Source of the DNA: Takakia lepidozioides | Taxonomy: Eukaryota; Plantae; Bryophyta | DNA length: 64,000 nt | Assembly (NCBI GenBank): GCA_030704615.1 | Contig: CM060733.1 | Coordinates: 248,001-312,000 of the forward strand | Direction of reading: 5' to 3' | Shown here: positions 60,501-64,000 of the stretch, in pieces | Layout: each line of letters starts with the position of its first letter | Position numbering within the stretch: position 1 is the stretch's first letter | The notes under the pieces: generated by a model | Seen by the model: only the letters and a program-made list of their open reading frames with translations | What the model was told of the DNA's origin: nothing | Databases searched by the model: none | Made by a program: the position numbers and the translations under genes

Positions 60501-63163
60501 TACTTGTTGTTTGGACGTTTGGACAGCTTGCTACCTGTCAATTGTTCGTTAAGACCTCATTTTGTTTTCTTGAGCTTGGCTTGAGCTTCGGACAAGTTGC
60601 TACTGCCTACATGTCGACTTGTCGTTCGTTCATTTTTATTTCTTGCCCACATAATACTGGATCCATTTTGAAAAGATATATGTACATAGTACATACAAAC
60701 TGATGCCCAATCTCTGTCACTCCATACAGGCTTGCGTTGATCAATTGCCTTGAAAGGGTTGCCAAGGATCGGATTGCATAACTGGGCATGTGGGTGTTCG
60801 CTATTTATTCTTATTTTTAACCAAGAAAGGGACGGTGCCGCTGGGTTTTGCCATTGTAGAAACAAAAACAAAAACCCATATATAGAAAACAAGTATCATA
60901 CAACAAGGAAAATGATAGAACTACAACTTGCAAAGTCAGACTTTTTTGTAATAAAACGATTTTTCAAAGCAAAGATTGGACCATCAGTAACTAAGCCTGT
61001 CAAACTTGGCAAGACACAGATATCTGGTTGAAAACCCATGTACAAAACCCATGTCTTTTTATTACATTGAAGAACAAAAAAAATTTGTGTGTGAGATGAG
61101 AGCACTGAGGATGAGGAAAAAATAACCTTCCCCGTGGCCATAATCAGCCCAATATATGTACCCCAATCGTTCCAAGAAAAAATTGTAGCAAAGAAAATTG
61201 GACATCTAAGTAGCAAGGTGGCCATAGCATGGGGGAAGCAATGGGTTTAACTTACCATGGTTCACTGGACAAACAGCAAGCCATGAACTATGATCCAAGC
61301 ACTAGCCTAACTTACAAAAAACCCAGGAGCAAAAATCTAAACATAAGCAAATAGCCATTCACAGGAAACAAGTGCCAAAGGTAGGGAGGGACACAGAGTA
61401 CTGTGGTGAGTCTTGTGAGAGCGACACTGGCGACCCAAGTGGGTGATGATATGTTACCTATCATAGAAACTTGAACAGCAAAACCCATCTGCAGGACACA
61501 AGTGTGAGAGTAGGAGCGTAGGAAGGGCAGTAAGTAAGTAGGTCCAAGAGAGGCAGACAGACAGGCAGTGTGGCACGGCCACCAGAATCTGTTGCAGGAA
61601 GGTCGCAAGGTGGGGACATTCGTGTGAAGGGATGGGAGCCACGTCGGAGAGGGAGGGGGAGGGGAGGGGGGCAGCGCAAGAGGACAAGGGGGAGGCAGAC
61701 AGGCAGGCGGGCATGAAGGTGGACAGGAGGGCAGGGCAGGAGCATGAGGCGCGCAGGTCGTCAGAGGGTGCTCGCAGGAATCGTGTCTGTGGCCCGCTCC
61801 TGTCAACACTCCCCACGGGCACGCACGTGTAGTGCGGGGGGAGGTATCTAGTCTTGCACAGCTCTCTCTTCGCTTCCTTCACTCCAGCGCCCATCTTACA
61901 GTTCTCGCATGGTTGCGAGCATTGCGTGCGGGCCGTGTGACAGGTAAAGCTCGTGCCTTGCCTTTGCCGAGTTCTGCAGATGGTGGTCATCGGGGAAGGA
62001 GAGCGTTGCGTAAGGTGAGGGGAGGAGAGGGGATCTGAGTGTAGAGAATTTCAAGCAACTCCTGTTGTCGGTTTTCTTACTCTCCGTCTGTTTGATCTTT
62101 CGTATTTTTGGTGGTTCGCTCCATCTTCCTCGTCCGTCCCTCTTCTATGCAACTCTGGGTGTTTCCGCTTTGTTGCATGTCGAAATCGTGTGTAGGATGT
62201 CTGTAGTGGAAACCCGTGTACTCCTGCGAGGCAATGTGAAGCGTGGTTGATGAATAAGAAAAGTGTACGTATCCTGGCAAGCGAGGCAAGTGCTGGTGCT
62301 CTTTAGGGTTTATGTGCGATCGCTATCTGTTAGTATACGACTCGTTTCTTGTGCCAGTGTTAGATTGTTGATCGATGTGGGTTTGTGATGGGATGGAAGT
62401 TGGAACAATCCAGAATGTTGTACTAATTAGACGGTTGGTTTCTTTAGCCTCGTAGTCCTAGAGTCCGCAATCGGGCGAGGGGATGGAGGGAGAGCTGCCC
62501 GGGGGACTCTAAAGCCGAGGGGCACTCGCTCCAGTAGTTGGACCCATATACGAAAATGAAGTAGGTTCTGACCAGATTTGCTCGAGAATGCCCCCCTCTC
62601 TAGCATCATTTGGGGAGGGAGGAAGATGGAGACACATGGAACTGGATGCACTTAATGCACTGGTAGAAAGGCCAGAGCATCACAGGGTAGTAACCATCGG
62701 GTGGGAATTTTTGTGTGAAAGGTACATGGTTTTTGTGTCAGTATGGAAGGTTGCGTAGACCTTGTCAGGAGAACAATGAGTGATGCAGAAAGATGTAGAC
62801 GTACTCGCTGGGAGGTAATAGCGTAATTGAGATGTTCATAGAAACCCTACTACAATACCTGATGGGAAAGAGACAAGACAACGGTTTGGGAGCCAACGTC
62901 TGACTTCAAGTGATTACCTCTCGCTCACTCAAACACAATCCCTTGCGGTCTTGCAGGGGTGCAGCAGTCAATGCGAAAGTGAAATGACTAAGAGGCGTTT
63001 GTGCGACACCAACATACAAATTTCTGGGGCTGTTGTAGGGAATATACAAATGCAGAGGCAGGAGGAAGTCATTGGTGCTTTCTTTGCAGCTGCACATCTT
63101 TCTGCACAGGGTAAGGAGTTACAAAATGGTTACATCAGGTTGAAAGGTGGTGGCTACCAAGGC

Positions 63164-64000
63164 ATGCCTGGCGGATTTCTGGGAACAGGTCGGAAGATGA
63201 TCGAGGATTTGCCACAGGCGGCCGAGTGGGTAGGAGATGATGACTACGAATATGGGTTCAATGCAAGTGAGAGCATTTACTCGTCACCTTTCCGTCCTGC
63301 TGCCTCTGCATTTGTGGAGTCGATTGTAAGCCCCAGGAAGAGGCTGGCTCTCCTTAAGTCCCGGAAGTGTGATGCGGCAGCTGCTGCAGAGACCCCTAGG
63401 GAAGACCGGATCAACAGTCTACCTGACGAGTGTTTGTATGAGATATTTAGATGTTTGCCCAGAGCTCGGGACCGATTTGCATGTGCCTCTGTTTGCATGC
63501 GCTGGCTCATGCTGCAGAGCCACATTCATCGACACGAGCTCCATAGTGGGCAGGGCAGGTGCAAGGGGGGCTGTCCACGTGACACTGGACGCACCGATGG
63601 GTCAGGGGGCTTTGCACAAGGTGCTGAAAATGTGCAGAGAGCTTCAGAAGTAACCCCTGAAGGTGTCGAAGAAGGTTCTGAAGAATCGCATGGGTTATTG
63701 CGAGACTCAGGTAGGGGAGATGGCTGGGTTGGTTCTGGGCGTGTTGGGGGTGGTCAGCCACACAGGGATGAGGCAAGAGTTGAGCGGCAGCCCCAGTGGG
63801 CCATTGGGGATCTCTCTCGCTGCCTGGAAGGGAAGAAAGCCACAGATGTCAGACTGTTTGCAGTAGCAGTAGGAACTCTGGCTCGCGGTGGGTTGGGGAA
63901 GCTATCTATCAAAGGGGGCCCGATCGGTAATATGATCAAGGGGGTCACTGATGCTGGCCTTTCCACCATTGGGGTCTGCTGTTCTGCATTGCGACGGCTG
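63164..64000 (+). CDS. EBF1: EIN3-binding F-box protein (EBF1/2-like), 3'-partial; true start may be in an upstream exon
   Basis: The frame is open to the window end: GDDDYEY...SPRKR...INSLPDECLYEIFRCLP.ARDRFACASVCMRWLMLQS (F-box)...QPQWAIGDLSRCLEGKKATDVRL.AVAVGT.ARGGLGKLSIKG...GVTDAGLSTIG.CCSALR. Confidence 0.93.
   Translation, partial: MPGGFLGTGRKMIEDLPQAAEWVGDDDYEYGFNASESIYSSPFRPAASAFVESIVSPRKRLALLKSRKCDAAAAAETPREDRINSLPDECLYEIFRCLPRARDRFACASVCMRWLMLQSHIHRHELHSGQGRCKGGCPRDTGRTDGSGGFAQGAENVQRASEVTPEGVEEGSEESHGLLRDSGRGDGWVGSGRVGGGQPHRDEARVERQPQWAIGDLSRCLEGKKATDVRLFAVAVGTLARGGLGKLSIKGGPIGNMIKGVTDAGLSTIGVCCSALRRL

Noticed and set aside
61312-62038. Pro/Cys-rich ORFs of 165-178 aa
   Set aside because: They arise from low-complexity GA/GC-rich sequence that is more simply the EBF promoter and leader. 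No domain is recognisable.

Overview
This is nuclear genomic DNA of a land plant. It has GT-AG introns, telo-boxes and plastid/mitochondrial proteins, and the EBF motif QPQWAIGDLSRCLEGKKATDVRL plus PLS-PPR/PDF motifs suggest a non-seed plant (inference). Bases 1-21 kb are gene-rich: the 3' end of transportin MOS14, complex III subunit QCR10, an At5g19025-like membrane protein, a 9-exon BADC (biotin-attachment-domain) gene and a 4-exon fibrillin FBN6/PAP8. An EIN3-binding F-box gene starts at about 63.1 kb and runs off the end. Bases 21-61 kb are a transposon island. It holds (1) a ~5.4-kb Pack-type inverted-repeat cassette with fragments of at least five host genes; (2) a MULE-like element with a TSD; (3) a TA-flanked MITE; (4) a very young full-length chromodomain Ty3/Gypsy with a CCTAG TSD; (5) a CACTA derivative; (6) a LINE with an internal 2.2-kb inversion; and (7) an older copy of the same Gypsy nested in that LINE. 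Inside the older Gypsy sits a 3.5-kb short-TIR element with an 8-bp TSD. It carries OSB-type PDF-motif exons, PPR fragments and ~10 tandem 137-bp hairpin-containing PPR-derived repeats, and is the most unusual structure in the window. A second ~3-kb inversion flips the LINE 5' end and the Gypsy gag and splits an unknown multi-exon gene. All family assignments come from manual motif recognition; no searches were run.
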